Source: a virus. Taken from it: DNA of 64,000 nt. The notes below the pieces were generated by a model. It ran no database searches and was not told the origin of the DNA. It saw only the letters and a list, made by a program, of their open reading frames with translations. Location: the IMG/VR virus record IMGVR_UViG_3300042934_000727, positions 6,185-70,184 of that record, one strand, 5' to 3'. This document shows, piece after piece, positions 38,099 to 48,576 of the stretch (position 1 is its first letter; each line of letters begins with the position of its first letter). A program made the translations under genes and the position numbers.

Positions 38099-40034
38099 GT
38101 GCGCTCAGCGACGCCCAGGCAGCGCTCAAGGCGTACGACGATGTCCCGGGCAAGGGAGTGGACCGTTCGGGGTGGACCCGGGACGATCGCGACTTCGCGC
38201 GCGAGCAGCAGCGCGCCCACTTCATCCGCACGGCGCCACGGGTGGTCGACACCCTCCGTGCTCTGCTGTCGGCGACCACCGAGCCGCCCACCGCCGACGC
38301 GACGATCGTTGATTGCGTGGCTCAGGCCATGTGTTCAGTCGAGGCGCGATCGAAGGGGGCAACGCTCGAAGAGGTGCAGACCGGGATCCAGCGGTGGACC
38401 CGGCACCGGTACGAGGCTGAGCGCATGGTCGAAGAGCTTCGCGACTATGGGCTCGAGGTCCGGCGCCCGTCCCCACCCACCGACGCCGAAGTGAACGCCG
38501 TCGCGCTCGAGCTCTGGGGAGTATCGGCCCCGTACGACCGGGAGAAGCTACGCGCGGCACTCGAAGCTGGGCGACAGGCTGCCGCTCAGGTTGGGGGTGC
38601 GGCATGAGCGACACCACCTACGCGCATGCCCTGCTCGAGCTTCGCGCTGTTGCTGTGGGGAGTGTGGTCCTCGACGGCGACGGCGACGCCTGGCAGCTCG
38701 GGCCACGCGGGTGGTCGAGCGTCGTGCACGGGGTCAACACGGCGGACATGGACGCGTCGTCGGTCGCGATCCTGACGCCGATCACGGTCATCCACCGGGC
38801 CCCCGCGCCGCCCGATCCAGACCACACGAACGGAGATAGCGAATGAAGCTGACCGAACTGCAGCTGGAGGTGCTCGACCAGGTCGGCACCCGATGGCTCC
38901 GACCGATGGACATGGGCGCGCGCGATGGATCGCATCACAGCGCCGTGCTCGCTGCCCTGGTCCGGAAGGGGCTCGTTGAACGCACGCAACGCGGAGGGTT
39001 GGCCTATGCGCGCGGGTCCTACGTCTACCGCATCACCACGCAGGGTCTCGCGACGCGCGCGAACGCCCCCCGACTGACCGCGGAGCAGAACCGATGACGA
39101 AGGCGATGGTGGTGCTCAAGACGACTCTGCTGCTGACACTCCTCGCCGCGGCCGCGTGGATAGTCATCTCGGCGACGAGCTACAACACGAGCCGCGGTGA
39201 TCTGTGTGAAGAGCAGGGGTTGGCCTTCGGCAGCGAGTACATGGGTGAGTACGGCTGCGTGGAGTTGCATCCGTTCGAGGAGTTCGAGCAGCCATCCTCC
39301 GGTTCGACCGATACGGATGGTGCCTCGTGAGCCGGCAGTGGGCAGTGATCGTGCGGCCTGATGCTACGCACGTTGCCCGTGCGCTCGGCCCCATCGCCAC
39401 CAAGGAGCGCGCGGATCGAGTAGTCGAGCGCATCGTGGCGTGGGAGGAGCGTGAGGAGGCGAACGACCGCTACGGGCTGACCTGGCTCCCGCAGGCCGTC
39501 GAGCTAGAGAGTGTCGCTGCGTTCATGCGCGAGCTGGACGCCAGCTCGACCGGACGGGAGGAGTGATGACCTGGGTCATCTGGCCTCGAGTCGGGCAGGC
39601 AGTCTCGATCGTCTACAGCTTCGGGCGGGTGGCGCTGTCGTCGTGCGAGCTGAACTGGCGCATGGAATGGGAGGACTCCCGATGAGCCTCTTGACCTGGT
39701 TCTGCCCGGACTGCGGCTACCTGCGTGCACAGATCCACGTCTGCGCTCGGTACGTGTCCAGCACATCCACGGCGCCCACCGACCCGGACGGACGGCGCGG
39801 CCGATGACTGACTGGTGCGCCCTTCATCGAATGCAACACGCGGGCGACTGGGAGAAGGAGTGCGCCGAGCGCCAGGCGAGCGAAGGTCCCGCCGAGCAGC
39901 TCGCTCGCGCGCACTATCAGCGCTCCGCCGTATACCGGGAACGGACGCCGTGGGATGAGCTGCCCCTCGCATACCGGCTCAACCGGATCTTGGAGATGCG
40001 CGACGCGCTTCGCGACAGCGCCCGTGGCAGCTAG
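38095..40034 (+). CDS. Small accessory genes of the xis operon (38095-38607, 38604-38846, 38843-39097 winged-HTH-like, 39094-39330 membrane, 39327-39566, 39566-39685, 39682-39807 Cys-rich, 39804-40034)
   Basis: Coupled overlaps; visibly less biased codon usage than flanking virion genes. Confidence 0.65.
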
Positions 40035-40070
40035 CTAATCCCGGACGGAGCGCCCCTAGACTGCGCGGAC

Positions 40071-40520
40071 ATGGCGCTCCGTCCGATCCCCCGAGACACC
40101 GACTGGCCCGAGGAGATCCTCGAGCTGGCCCGGGAGGAGTTCTGGGCGACCATCGACGTGATCGACCCCAGCACCGAGAAGGTCGGCAAGTACGACCCGA
40201 AGACCGACTCCCGCCCCATCATCACTCCCGCCGCCGTTGTCATCGAACACCGGGCCGCGCGCGTGCAGCACATCCGTTCCGGCCTTGACCAGGGCGGCTC
40301 CTTCGAGTGGGGCCAGAAGCGCCCGTACCGCGTGCAGTACGAGCCGCGCCCCGACGACCCCCTCATCACGAAGGGCATGGTTGTCCGCGTGCGGACCACC
40401 CGCCGCAACCCCGTCATCCTGCGCTACGCCTTCCAGGTCACCGGCGCACCCGGCTCCGACCACGCAGCCGTCGGCCTGATCGACACCGTCTCCGAGTACG
40501 GGGTGATCGGTGATGAATGA
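40071..40520 (+). CDS. Head-to-tail stopper/closure protein
   Basis: Beta-rich, synteny; leaderless after TAGACT at 40057. Confidence 0.65.
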   Translation: MALRPIPRDTDWPEEILELAREEFWATIDVIDPSTEKVGKYDPKTDSRPIITPAAVVIEHRAARVQHIRSGLDQGGSFEWGQKRPYRVQYEPRPDDPLITKGMVVRVRTTRRNPVILRYAFQVTGAPGSDHAAVGLIDTVSEYGVIGDE

Positions 40521-40938
40521 GCCGTTCGCCGATGTCGAGATGCTCATCGAGGGCTGGCGCGACGGCGTCTACCGCGATGCACTGCAGGCCATGGAGGACA
40601 CCGCTGACGACGGCGCCGAGCGTGTCCGCGAGATCATCCACCTGTCGACGACCGACTGGGGCTACGCGCGCACCCAGGGCGTCGGCGGCGAGCCCCGCCC
40701 CTACCCCGGCCGCATCGAGAGCGGCGAGATGCTGAACGACGTGGACAGCCGCGTCGAAGAGCTCGGCGACGGCGTCATCGAGGCGAAGTGGGGCTGGGCG
40801 GACCCCGAGGACTACTACTACATCCAGGAGCACGGCTTCGACGCCTTCGAGACGAAGATCGCGCCCATGCACTCCCTCGCCACCTCCCTCGATGAAGCGG
40901 AGATCGCACTGCAGGAACGCCTCGGGGAGATCTCGTGA
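40513..40938 (+). CDS. Tail completion (HK97 gp10-like) protein
   Basis: GRIESGEM and YIQEHG motifs. Confidence 0.65.
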   Translation: MNEPFADVEMLIEGWRDGVYRDALQAMEDTADDGAERVREIIHLSTTDWGYARTQGVGGEPRPYPGRIESGEMLNDVDSRVEELGDGVIEAKWGWADPEDYYYIQEHGFDAFETKIAPMHSLATSLDEAEIALQERLGEIS

Positions 40939-41393
40939 CCTTCATCGACGGCCCCACCGACGCGACCGGCCTCACCGAGCGCGCGAACATCGAGGATCGC
41001 CTCTCTGAGCTGGCCGGCGGCCGCATCTGGAAGACCCAGGTGCCGGACGATGTGGACCTGGCGCGCGAGACTGACGGCGGCGTCCTGCCGTACATCATCA
41101 TGCGCTTCGCGAACCCGCTCTCCATCGCGGGCGGCCGCAGCATCGCGTCTGGTGAGCAGCAACAGCCGCAGCAGATGACCTTCACCGTGTCCGTGATCGG
41201 GGGCGACGCCGACTCGGTCGAGTCGACCATGGCGGCCGTGAACCGCCTCCTCGTCGACTTCCACCCCTCGGACTCCGCGAACAGGATCCGCTCCCGCGGC
41301 GGGTTCGCGTACCCGAACGGCGACACGTCGTCGAAGCCCACTCGCTACCAGGAGGCGGGCTTCTACCGGTTCACCTGGAACCCGGCGGAGTAG
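40935..41393 (+). CDS. Tail terminator
   Basis: LPYIIM motif, synteny before tail tube genes. Confidence 0.65.
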   Translation: MTFIDGPTDATGLTERANIEDRLSELAGGRIWKTQVPDDVDLARETDGGVLPYIIMRFANPLSIAGGRSIASGEQQQPQQMTFTVSVIGGDADSVESTMAAVNRLLVDFHPSDSANRIRSRGGFAYPNGDTSSKPTRYQEAGFYRFTWNPAE

Positions 41394-41434
41394 ACCCCCT
41401 CGGTCGCCTCCGAACCGACCTTAGACTCCGCCGC

Positions 41435-41656
41435 ATGTCACAGACCAGGTCCTTCCGGGACACCCTGACCGGCGCCACAGCCGACATGCATCCCCGCGTC
41501 GCCGCCGTGTTCCCGAACCTCGTCGAGGTGCCGGAGGGCACGAAGCCCCTGGCGTACACCCCCATTCCCCAGGACGCGATCAAGGCCCTCACCACGGGCC
41601 GCGAGAAGTCCGCCGCCACCGATCTCACCGAGGACGAGGACTCCGCCCATGAGTAA
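41435..41656 (+). CDS. Small hypothetical late protein
   Basis: Leaderless ATG 7 bp after TAGACT. Confidence 0.65.
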   Translation: MSQTRSFRDTLTGATADMHPRVAAVFPNLVEVPEGTKPLAYTPIPQDAIKALTTGREKSAATDLTEDEDSAHE

Positions 41657-42230
41657 GACCCGCATCGGCTACGAGCTGCTCATGCTCGTGCCGGCCGTAG
41701 AAGTGAATGGCGTGCCGTGGATCGTCACGCCGACCGGCCTCGTGAACTACGAGACGCCGACCGTCGCAGCGCTCAACGTCTGGCACGGCATCACCAAGCC
41801 GAGCGACACGTACGCCTCCCAGGGCGGCAACATCTCGTGCGCCGTGCTCGACGACCTGAACCTGGGTCTCACCGACTCGGAGACCGACGACACGAAGACG
41901 ATCTGCTCGAAGGGCAACAGCGCCGCGCTGACGCTCTACAACTACGACGCCGAGCTGAACTTCAAGCGCGACAAGGACATCACGGCCGACTCCCTCTGGA
42001 ACCTCGCCCGCGACCTGACCCGCGCGCCCGACCTGTCGTACTTCATCGTGCACCGCGTGCGTGGCGAGAAGGACTCCACGGAGCCCCTCGCGATCGGCGA
42101 CGAGATCGACCTGTACTACGTCCACACCGACTTCCCCGTTCCCGGCTACAGCGACGACGACCCGATCCAGACCCAGTCTGCGTTCATCCCCAAGGGCATC
42201 GTCAACGTCGGCTACGATCTCGCGGCCTGA
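41649..42230 (+). CDS. Major tail (tube) protein 1
   Basis: PTVAALN...NISCAV...GDEIDLY tail-tube pattern, synteny. Confidence 0.75.
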   Translation: MSKTRIGYELLMLVPAVEVNGVPWIVTPTGLVNYETPTVAALNVWHGITKPSDTYASQGGNISCAVLDDLNLGLTDSETDDTKTICSKGNSAALTLYNYDAELNFKRDKDITADSLWNLARDLTRAPDLSYFIVHRVRGEKDSTEPLAIGDEIDLYYVHTDFPVPGYSDDDPIQTQSAFIPKGIVNVGYDLAA

Positions 42231-42242
42231 TAGGAGACCGAC

Positions 42243-43022
42243 ATGGCAAACACCGAAGTGAGCACGACGGGTAACGTCGCGATCCTCGCCGGCCCCGACA
42301 CGGCCATCCCGTCCGCGAACTGGAGCTCCGGCCCCACCTTCGCCCAGATCTCCGCCCTGCTGAACGTCTCCGCCGGCGTCAAGATCGACGGCACCGACTT
42401 CAACGTCGAGGCCTCCGAGCAGGTGGACGACCGCTCCTTCGCGGACCAGGCCGGCTCCCAGAGCCGCGGCCCGATCCAGGCGAGCGGCAGCATCGAGGTC
42501 TACACGCCCGGCAAGGGCGACACGACCAGCCCGCACGCGAAGGCGTACGACGCGTTCGGCACCCCGCGCACCAAGCTGGTCGTCGGCCAGCGGTTCGCGA
42601 AGGCGCAGGGCGGCCCCGTCGCCGCCGGCGACGAGGTGAACCTCTTCCGGGTCCAGACCGACGCTCGCGCCCACAACCGCAACGACAGCTCGCGCACGCT
42701 GGGTGTCGGCCTGGTGTTCCAGGACAACGCGCTCATCAACTACATCGTGCCCGCCGCAGCCCCGACGATCCCCACCGTCGCCGTGCAGGGCGGCGTCAGC
42801 CTGACCACGCTCACCCCGACCAAGGTCGCGATGCTGAAGGTGACCTACCACGGTCGCAACATCACCGCAGGCGCCACGTACACGTCCAGCAACGAGGCCG
42901 TCTTCACGGTCACGAAGTCGGGCATCATCATCGCCGTCGGTGTGGGCACCGCGACGCTCAAGGTCTCGTACCCGGGCGCCGGCACCATCGTCGACCAGAC
43001 CATCACCGTCGTCGCGGCGTAA
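42243..43022 (+). CDS. Major tail (tube) protein 2 with C-terminal Ig-like (Big_2) domain
   Basis: PTFAQI...NVSAGV...AAGDEVNLF; YTSSNEAVFTV...GVGTATLKV Ig motif. Confidence 0.75.
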   Translation: MANTEVSTTGNVAILAGPDTAIPSANWSSGPTFAQISALLNVSAGVKIDGTDFNVEASEQVDDRSFADQAGSQSRGPIQASGSIEVYTPGKGDTTSPHAKAYDAFGTPRTKLVVGQRFAKAQGGPVAAGDEVNLFRVQTDARAHNRNDSSRTLGVGLVFQDNALINYIVPAAAPTIPTVAVQGGVSLTTLTPTKVAMLKVTYHGRNITAGATYTSSNEAVFTVTKSGIIIAVGVGTATLKVSYPGAGTIVDQTITVVAA

Positions 43023-43030
43023 GCCCGACA

Positions 43031-43061
43031 CAGGGCGAGGGGGCTTCGGCCCCCTCCCCTG
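43031..43061 (+). terminator. Hairpin with cUUCGg tetraloop, followed by operator TTTGCTAGCTAA (43064-43075)
   Basis: gagggggc-ttcg-gccccctc. Confidence 0.7.
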
Positions 43062-43098
43062 CATTTGCTAGCTAATCCCCTAGAGAGAGGGCCGCTCC

Positions 43099-43779
43099 AT
43101 GAGCACCGACATCCCCGCCGAGATCCAGCAGATCGCCGACAACGCCCGCGACTCCTTCGACCTGGGCACCCGCCTGCGCGGCCGCTCGAAGCGCACGAAG
43201 AAGGTCCGCGTCTTCACCGACGAGGTGACCGGCGAGCGTCTCGGTGGTCACGAGATGGTCGAAGAGATCAACCACCTCGGCCTCCGCATGACGAAGCCCC
43301 GCGTCTGGGGTCTCATGGGCGACATCATCAAGCTGCAGGCGACCCCCAAGTCGGCCGAAGAGAACGCCGAGCAGATCGCCGAGATGAAGAAGGAGGTCGG
43401 CGCGCTCGCGCGCACCCTCGAGGAGAGCGCGCTCGACATCGAACTCCGAGCCATCCCCCGCGTCGTCAAGAAGGACGCTCACCGCGCGGCCCGCGAGGCC
43501 CTCGGGATCAGCGAGAAGATCTCGCCCGACCACGCGCGCTACGACGATTACGTCGACGAGCACGACGCCCAGATCCTCGTCCGCACGGTGGTGTCGATCT
43601 TCGACGCCGAGGACGACCAGCTGCGCAAGGGCATCACGGTCGAGAACGCCCGCGCCCTGAAGGAGCTGCTGCCCGAGTGGGAGTACGCCAAGATCAGCCG
43701 CGCGCTGAACGAGCTCCTCTGGCAGAACTCGATCGCGGAGAAGGCGGTCGAGGACGCGGATTTCTCGCTCGGTATCTAG
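43099..43779 (+). CDS. Tail assembly chaperone (G)
   Basis: Between tail tube and tape measure genes. Confidence 0.8.
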   Translation: MSTDIPAEIQQIADNARDSFDLGTRLRGRSKRTKKVRVFTDEVTGERLGGHEMVEEINHLGLRMTKPRVWGLMGDIIKLQATPKSAEENAEQIAEMKKEVGALARTLEESALDIELRAIPRVVKKDAHRAAREALGISEKISPDHARYDDYVDEHDAQILVRTVVSIFDAEDDQLRKGITVENARALKELLPEWEYAKISRALNELLWQNSIAEKAVEDADFSLGI

Positions 43780-44249
43780 CATCGTCGGCCGGCGCCGGAT
43801 ACCTGCTGCAGATCAAGGCCGCGAAGGCGTGGGGGTTCCTCCCTACGTCGATGATCCTCGGCAAGCAGAAGCGGGGCACCCCCGGTAAGTGGGACCTGCT
43901 GCTCGCCAACGCTGAGACGATCCTCGACCTCGAGCGCTGCCCGCAGTGCAACCAGCCGAAGTACGTCTGCCAGAACTCCGACCCCGATATCGACTTCCGC
44001 GTGTACGAGGAGGAGTGCCACGCCATGCTCGCCAAGGCCAAGCACGAGAAGAAGATCAAGGACAAGGACAAGGAGAACCGCGCGCACATCTCCGTCGGCG
44101 TCGAGGCGTACACGCACAGCAAGACCGACACCGTCGAATTCCGTGGCCCCTTCTACCAGGAGCAGGCAGTGCGCCGCGAGAACCGCGAGCAGTCGCGTCC
44201 GCTCATCCCCCGCGAGCATCCGCCGGGCTGGACCCCCGAGGCCGAGTGA
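43099..44249 (+). CDS. Tail assembly chaperone GT, -1 frameshift product
   Basis: -1 frame open to 44249 with no good own start; candidate slip site G GAT TTC at 43758-43764. Confidence 0.65.
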
Positions 44250-44272
44250 TTTCCGACCCTAGACTCCGCGCC

Positions 44273-44332
44273 ATGTCACCCCGGGTCCATGCGCGGGAAC
44301 ACGGCATGGAGAGCCCGGAGGAGGTGCGATGA
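44273..44332 (+). CDS. 19-aa leaderless uORF coupled to tape measure gene
   Basis: TAGACTCCGCGCC-ATG; MSPRVHAREHGMESPEEVR; TGA overlaps TMP ATG. Confidence 0.4.
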   Translation: MSPRVHAREHGMESPEEVR

Positions 44333-47300
44333 GCGACGGAATGGAGTCCGAGGCCACACTCCGACTTCGCGTCATCGAGGACCTCACCGCCTCGATCCGC
44401 AAGGTCCACGAGTTCAACGAAGAGGTCGGCTACTCCGACCAGGAGATGAAGCGCCTCGGCAAGACCGCCGACAAGCTCTCCGACCAGCTCGACGGCGTCG
44501 GCAAGTCCGCAGACCGTGCCGGCAAGGGCGTCTCGAGCGCGGCATCCAACGCCGGGTCGAAGGAGTGGTCGCAGCTCGTCGACCGCATCGGCGCCGCGCA
44601 GGCCGCCTACCGCAGCTTCCGCCAGGAAGTCGCCCTCGGCAAGTACGCCGACATGGGCTTCGACGACTGGGTCGGCCGCTACAACGAGTCCGGCCGCGGC
44701 AAGCTCAACCGCACCGACCTGGCGGCCTACCGCGACGGCACGGCCGCCTCCATCCTCGGTGACGACACCGCTGACCTGCGCGAGCAGCAGCGCCTCCTTG
44801 ACCAGATCTCCGCGTCGCACGATCGCAACGCCAGCCGCCGCCGCGCAGACGACCAGCGCGACCAGCAGGCGCAGTGGACCGCCATCCAGAACGCCCGCCA
44901 GCTCGAGTCCGAAGAGGCACGCGTCACTGCGGAGCTCGCGCGCCAGGCCGACATGCGCACGAACGCGAGCCGCGCCAGCGCGTTCCGCTCGAGCGGCGTC
45001 GACACTCGCCTCGGCGCTGCGCCCACCGGCATCCGCGCGGCCGACACCGGCCTCGCCGCCATGCTCCTCGCCGAAGAGGACCGCTCCAAGCGCGCCCGCA
45101 AGGCCCTCGCCGACTACGACTCGCAGCTCAACTCCAACGCCGTCAGCTACAAGGCGTCCACCAGCGCGCTCGCGAACATGCTCGTCGCCGAAGAGGAGCA
45201 GATCAACGCCCTCCCCCGGCTCCGCTATGCGCTCTACGACGTGGCGACCACCGCCGGCGTCATGTCCACCGCGATCCTCGCTGCAGAGGCCGCGGTCGTC
45301 TACTCCGCCGCCTCCTTCGAGTCCTCGTTCACCGCCGTCGAGCGCACCTCGCGCACCTCCGGCGAGCAGGCAGCCCTCCTTCGCGACCAGCTGACCGGGC
45401 TCACCCGCGACATCCCGGCCGCATTCTCCGAAGTCGCCAGCGTCGCCACCCTCGGTGCGCAGCTGGATATCGCCTCCGGCGACCTGGCCGAGTTCAGCAA
45501 CCAGGTCATCCAGTTCTCCGCCACCACCGGCGTCGCCGCGGAGCAGTCCGCCGAGGGCTTCGGTCGCATCGGCCAGCTGCTCAAGGTCCCCGCCTCGGAG
45601 TTCCAGAACCTCGGATCGGCCATCCTCTACGCCGGTAACACGTCTGTCGCGACCGAGCAGGACGTGCTGAACTACGCGCAGCGCCTCTCGATCGCCGGCC
45701 ACGAAGCGGGCCTCACCGCCGACCAGGTCATCGCCCTGTCCGGCACGTTCGCATCGCTCGGCATCGGCCTCGAGGCCGCGCAGGGTGCCACCCAGCGCAT
45801 CTTCCAGCAGATCAGCCGCGACATCTCGCTCGGCGAGGACGCGCTGCACAAGTACTCCGCCCTCACCGGCATGACGGCGCAGGAGTTCGCTACCGCGTGG
45901 TCGCAGGAGCCGCAGAAGGCCCTCAACCAGCTCATCGGCGGCCTGAGCCGCGCGAGCGACCTGACCGGCGCGCTCGACAGCCTCGGCATCACCGAGACCC
46001 GTGAGGTGCGCGCGCTCACCGCGCTCGCGAACAACACGGAGCTCTACAACACCCTGCTCACCGAGACGAACCAGGCGTACACCGACGGCACCTACCTCGC
46101 CGACTCGTACAGCAAGGTCGTCGACGACCTGGCCTCGCGCTGGCAGATCTTCCTCAACTCGCTGATGGAGTTCGGCGCGGCCGCGGGCACCGCTCTCCTC
46201 CCGACCCTCGGCGCCATCCTCAGTGGCGTGAGCGATGTCATCAACACGATGACGGACCTCATCAGCACCCCGGCCGGCCAGTGGTTCGCAGGCATCTCGC
46301 TCGCCGCGGCCGCCGTGATCGGCATCCTCGGCCTGGTCACCACCGGCGCCACGATCACCGCCGCCTCCTTCCTCGCCCTCCGCACCGCCATCGCGGAGCT
46401 CGGCTGGACCGCAGCGACCGGCGGCGCCCGCGGCTTCGCGGCCAGCCTCCTCGGCGCGAGCGGTGCGGCCACCACCGCCACGGCCGGAGTGAACGGCTTC
46501 AAGGTGGCGCTCGCGAGCACCGGCATCGGCCTGGCCGTCGTCGCGCTCGGCACCCTCGCCACCGCATTCGCGCAGTCCGGTGGCGCCGCGAAGCAGACCT
46601 TCAACGACTTCATCGGCTCCACGGCTGGCCTGACGGAAGCCATCGCGGCAGACGCCGAGGCTGGCTCGAACGCCCTCTTCGTGATGACGGCGGCCGCGCA
46701 GGAGAACGCCCTGGCCTCCGACGCGCAGGCGCGCGCCATCCAGGGTGCCGCGATCATCGCCGGAGCCGACATGCCCTCCGGGATGGGCGCCTCGACCGGC
46801 GCGATCCAGGACAACACGTTCGCGATCGGCGAGAACACCCTCGCGTGGATGCGCAACCAGCTCATGCAGAGCGACGCCTTCAAGCAGCTCGGCGAGAACA
46901 CGGAGCTGGTCGAGTACTTCCAGGCGACCGGCGCCAGCATCGACGACATGCTCGCTGCGCAGGTGCAGAACGGTGAGCAGGGCCTCCTCGACTACATCCA
47001 GCGGATCGAGGCGTCGGCATCCGCGCGCGCCGCCATCGCGTCCGGCCGTATCAAGTCCGCGCTCTCCGACGGGTGGGGCATCCCCTCCACCCAGACCTCC
47101 TCCGGCTCGCAGCAGCTCAACACGGGCCTGTGGGGCCTGCAGGGCGTGACGGGCAACAACACCGCCCGCGGCATCCAGAAGCTCGCCGAGTTTACGAAGG
47201 GCATGAGCGGTCAGCTCGCCATCATGGGCGGCGCCGCGAAGAAGTCCAGCACCGCGCTGAAGCAGGGCTTCGACGAGGGCACCGACTCCGCAGTCAAGCT

Positions 47301-48576
47301 CGGCAACGCCATCGGTGGCGGCGGAGGCGGCGGCGGCAAGGGAGGCGGCGTCACCGAGAAGGTCCGCACGCTCGTCGACTACGCCGGCGATCTGGGCGGC
47401 GTCATCTCCCGCGCCTTCGACATCCGCTTCGGCCCCGAGCAGTCCCTCGACTCCATCACCGGTGGGTGGAACCGGATCGCGAAGGCCTCCGAGGACGCGC
47501 GCACCAACATCGAGGAGTACCAGCGGAAGCTGGGCGAGCTGAACGCCGACAAGGCGATCAAGGAGTACTGGCTCAGCGTCGCCGAGATGTACGGCGACGA
47601 GCTGCGCGCCATGAAGCTGCGCGAGGAGCTCGCGAAGGTCTCCGCCGACCAGGCCGCCGAGCAGAAGAAGCTGGCGATCGAGCAGGACAAGGCGTCCATG
47701 TCGCTCACCGGCAACAGCGACGCCGCCCTGCAGAACCGCGCCACCATGCTCGGCCTCGTCGGCGAGTACCAGGACTACATCAACGCGCTCGCATCGAGCG
47801 GCATGGGCCAGGAAGAGCTCGAGGCGAAGGCCGCGCAGCTCAAGCAGGAGTTCATTCGCCAGGCGACCCAGATGGGCTTCAACCGCGGCGAGGTGGACCG
47901 CTACTCCGTTGCGTTCGACGGCATGACGCTCGCGATCAACCGCGTGCCCCGCAACATCACCGTCTCGGCCAACGCCAACCCCGCCCTGCAGGCTCTCGCC
48001 GAGTTCGAGGCGCGCGGTATCGCCGCGGCCAACGCCGTGCGCAGCGCCGTCGGTAACGCGCTCGGCGGCGCCATGGACACCTCGGCCGCCGACGAGGCTG
48101 CTCGCAAGGCTGCCCGCCGTTTCCAGCTCTCCGCGCAGATCGCCCTCCTGCACGCGCAGGCCATCGTCGCCGGCCTCAACGGCAACGTCGCCTCCGTCAT
48201 CGGCTACAACGCAGCCATCGACATCAAGCAGGCCCAAATCGCGACCGGCCGCTACGCCGACGGTGGCTACACCGGCTCGGGCGGCAAGTACACGCCGGCC
48301 GGCATCGTCCACAAGGGCGAGTTCGTCTTCTCGAAGGAGGCCACGGCGCACTTCGGCCCCGGCTTCCTGAACCGCATGCACGAGGCCGGCAAGGCGGGCA
48401 TGACGCCCGTGGCCGCGCCGTCCTCGGGCTCTCGGGTGATGGAGCTCGGCCCGTCCACCATTCAGGCGATCGTGCAGGGCTTCATGGCCGCCGGCGGGAC
48501 CTACCTCGACGGCCGCCAGCTCGCGCGCAGCGTCGGCGCCGCGTTCACCGCCAACAACGTTCTCGGAGGTGCCTGA
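44329..48576 (+). CDS. Tape measure protein
   Basis: 1415 aa, Ala-rich; TP901-like core; C-terminal YADGGYTG...GIVHKGEFV motif. Confidence 0.93.
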   Translation: MSDGMESEATLRLRVIEDLTASIRKVHEFNEEVGYSDQEMKRLGKTADKLSDQLDGVGKSADRAGKGVSSAASNAGSKEWSQLVDRIGAAQAAYRSFRQEVALGKYADMGFDDWVGRYNESGRGKLNRTDLAAYRDGTAASILGDDTADLREQQRLLDQISASHDRNASRRRADDQRDQQAQWTAIQNARQLESEEARVTAELARQADMRTNASRASAFRSSGVDTRLGAAPTGIRAADTGLAAMLLAEEDRSKRARKALADYDSQLNSNAVSYKASTSALANMLVAEEEQINALPRLRYALYDVATTAGVMSTAILAAEAAVVYSAASFESSFTAVERTSRTSGEQAALLRDQLTGLTRDIPAAFSEVASVATLGAQLDIASGDLAEFSNQVIQFSATTGVAAEQSAEGFGRIGQLLKVPASEFQNLGSAILYAGNTSVATEQDVLNYAQRLSIAGHEAGLTADQVIALSGTFASLGIGLEAAQGATQRIFQQISRDISLGEDALHKYSALTGMTAQEFATAWSQEPQKALNQLIGGLSRASDLTGALDSLGITETREVRALTALANNTELYNTLLTETNQAYTDGTYLADSYSKVVDDLASRWQIFLNSLMEFGAAAGTALLPTLGAILSGVSDVINTMTDLISTPAGQWFAGISLAAAAVIGILGLVTTGATITAASFLALRTAIAELGWTAATGGARGFAASLLGASGAATTATAGVNGFKVALASTGIGLAVVALGTLATAFAQSGGAAKQTFNDFIGSTAGLTEAIAADAEAGSNALFVMTAAAQENALASDAQARAIQGAAIIAGADMPSGMGASTGAIQDNTFAIGENTLAWMRNQLMQSDAFKQLGENTELVEYFQATGASIDDMLAAQVQNGEQGLLDYIQRIEASASARAAIASGRIKSALSDGWGIPSTQTSSGSQQLNTGLWGLQGVTGNNTARGIQKLAEFTKGMSGQLAIMGGAAKKSSTALKQGFDEGTDSAVKLGNAIGGGGGGGGKGGGVTEKVRTLVDYAGDLGGVISRAFDIRFGPEQSLDSITGGWNRIAKASEDARTNIEEYQRKLGELNADKAIKEYWLSVAEMYGDELRAMKLREELAKVSADQAAEQKKLAIEQDKASMSLTGNSDAALQNRATMLGLVGEYQDYINALASSGMGQEELEAKAAQLKQEFIRQATQMGFNRGEVDRYSVAFDGMTLAINRVPRNITVSANANPALQALAEFEARGIAAANAVRSAVGNALGGAMDTSAADEAARKAARRFQLSAQIALLHAQAIVAGLNGNVASVIGYNAAIDIKQAQIATGRYADGGYTGSGGKYTPAGIVHKGEFVFSKEATAHFGPGFLNRMHEAGKAGMTPVAAPSSGSRVMELGPSTIQAIVQGFMAAGGTYLDGRQLARSVGAAFTANNVLGGA

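Noticed and set aside
35508-40034. Independent integrated element or satellite within the phage
   Set aside because: Single core with arm sites on both sides and no second att copy at the right edge; the 7-bp ccgtggc match near both edges is expected by chance at this GC content
42228-42243. Stop-codon readthrough fusing the two tail tube genes
   Set aside because: In frame, but two consecutive stops (TGA TAG) and a separate AGGAG RBS
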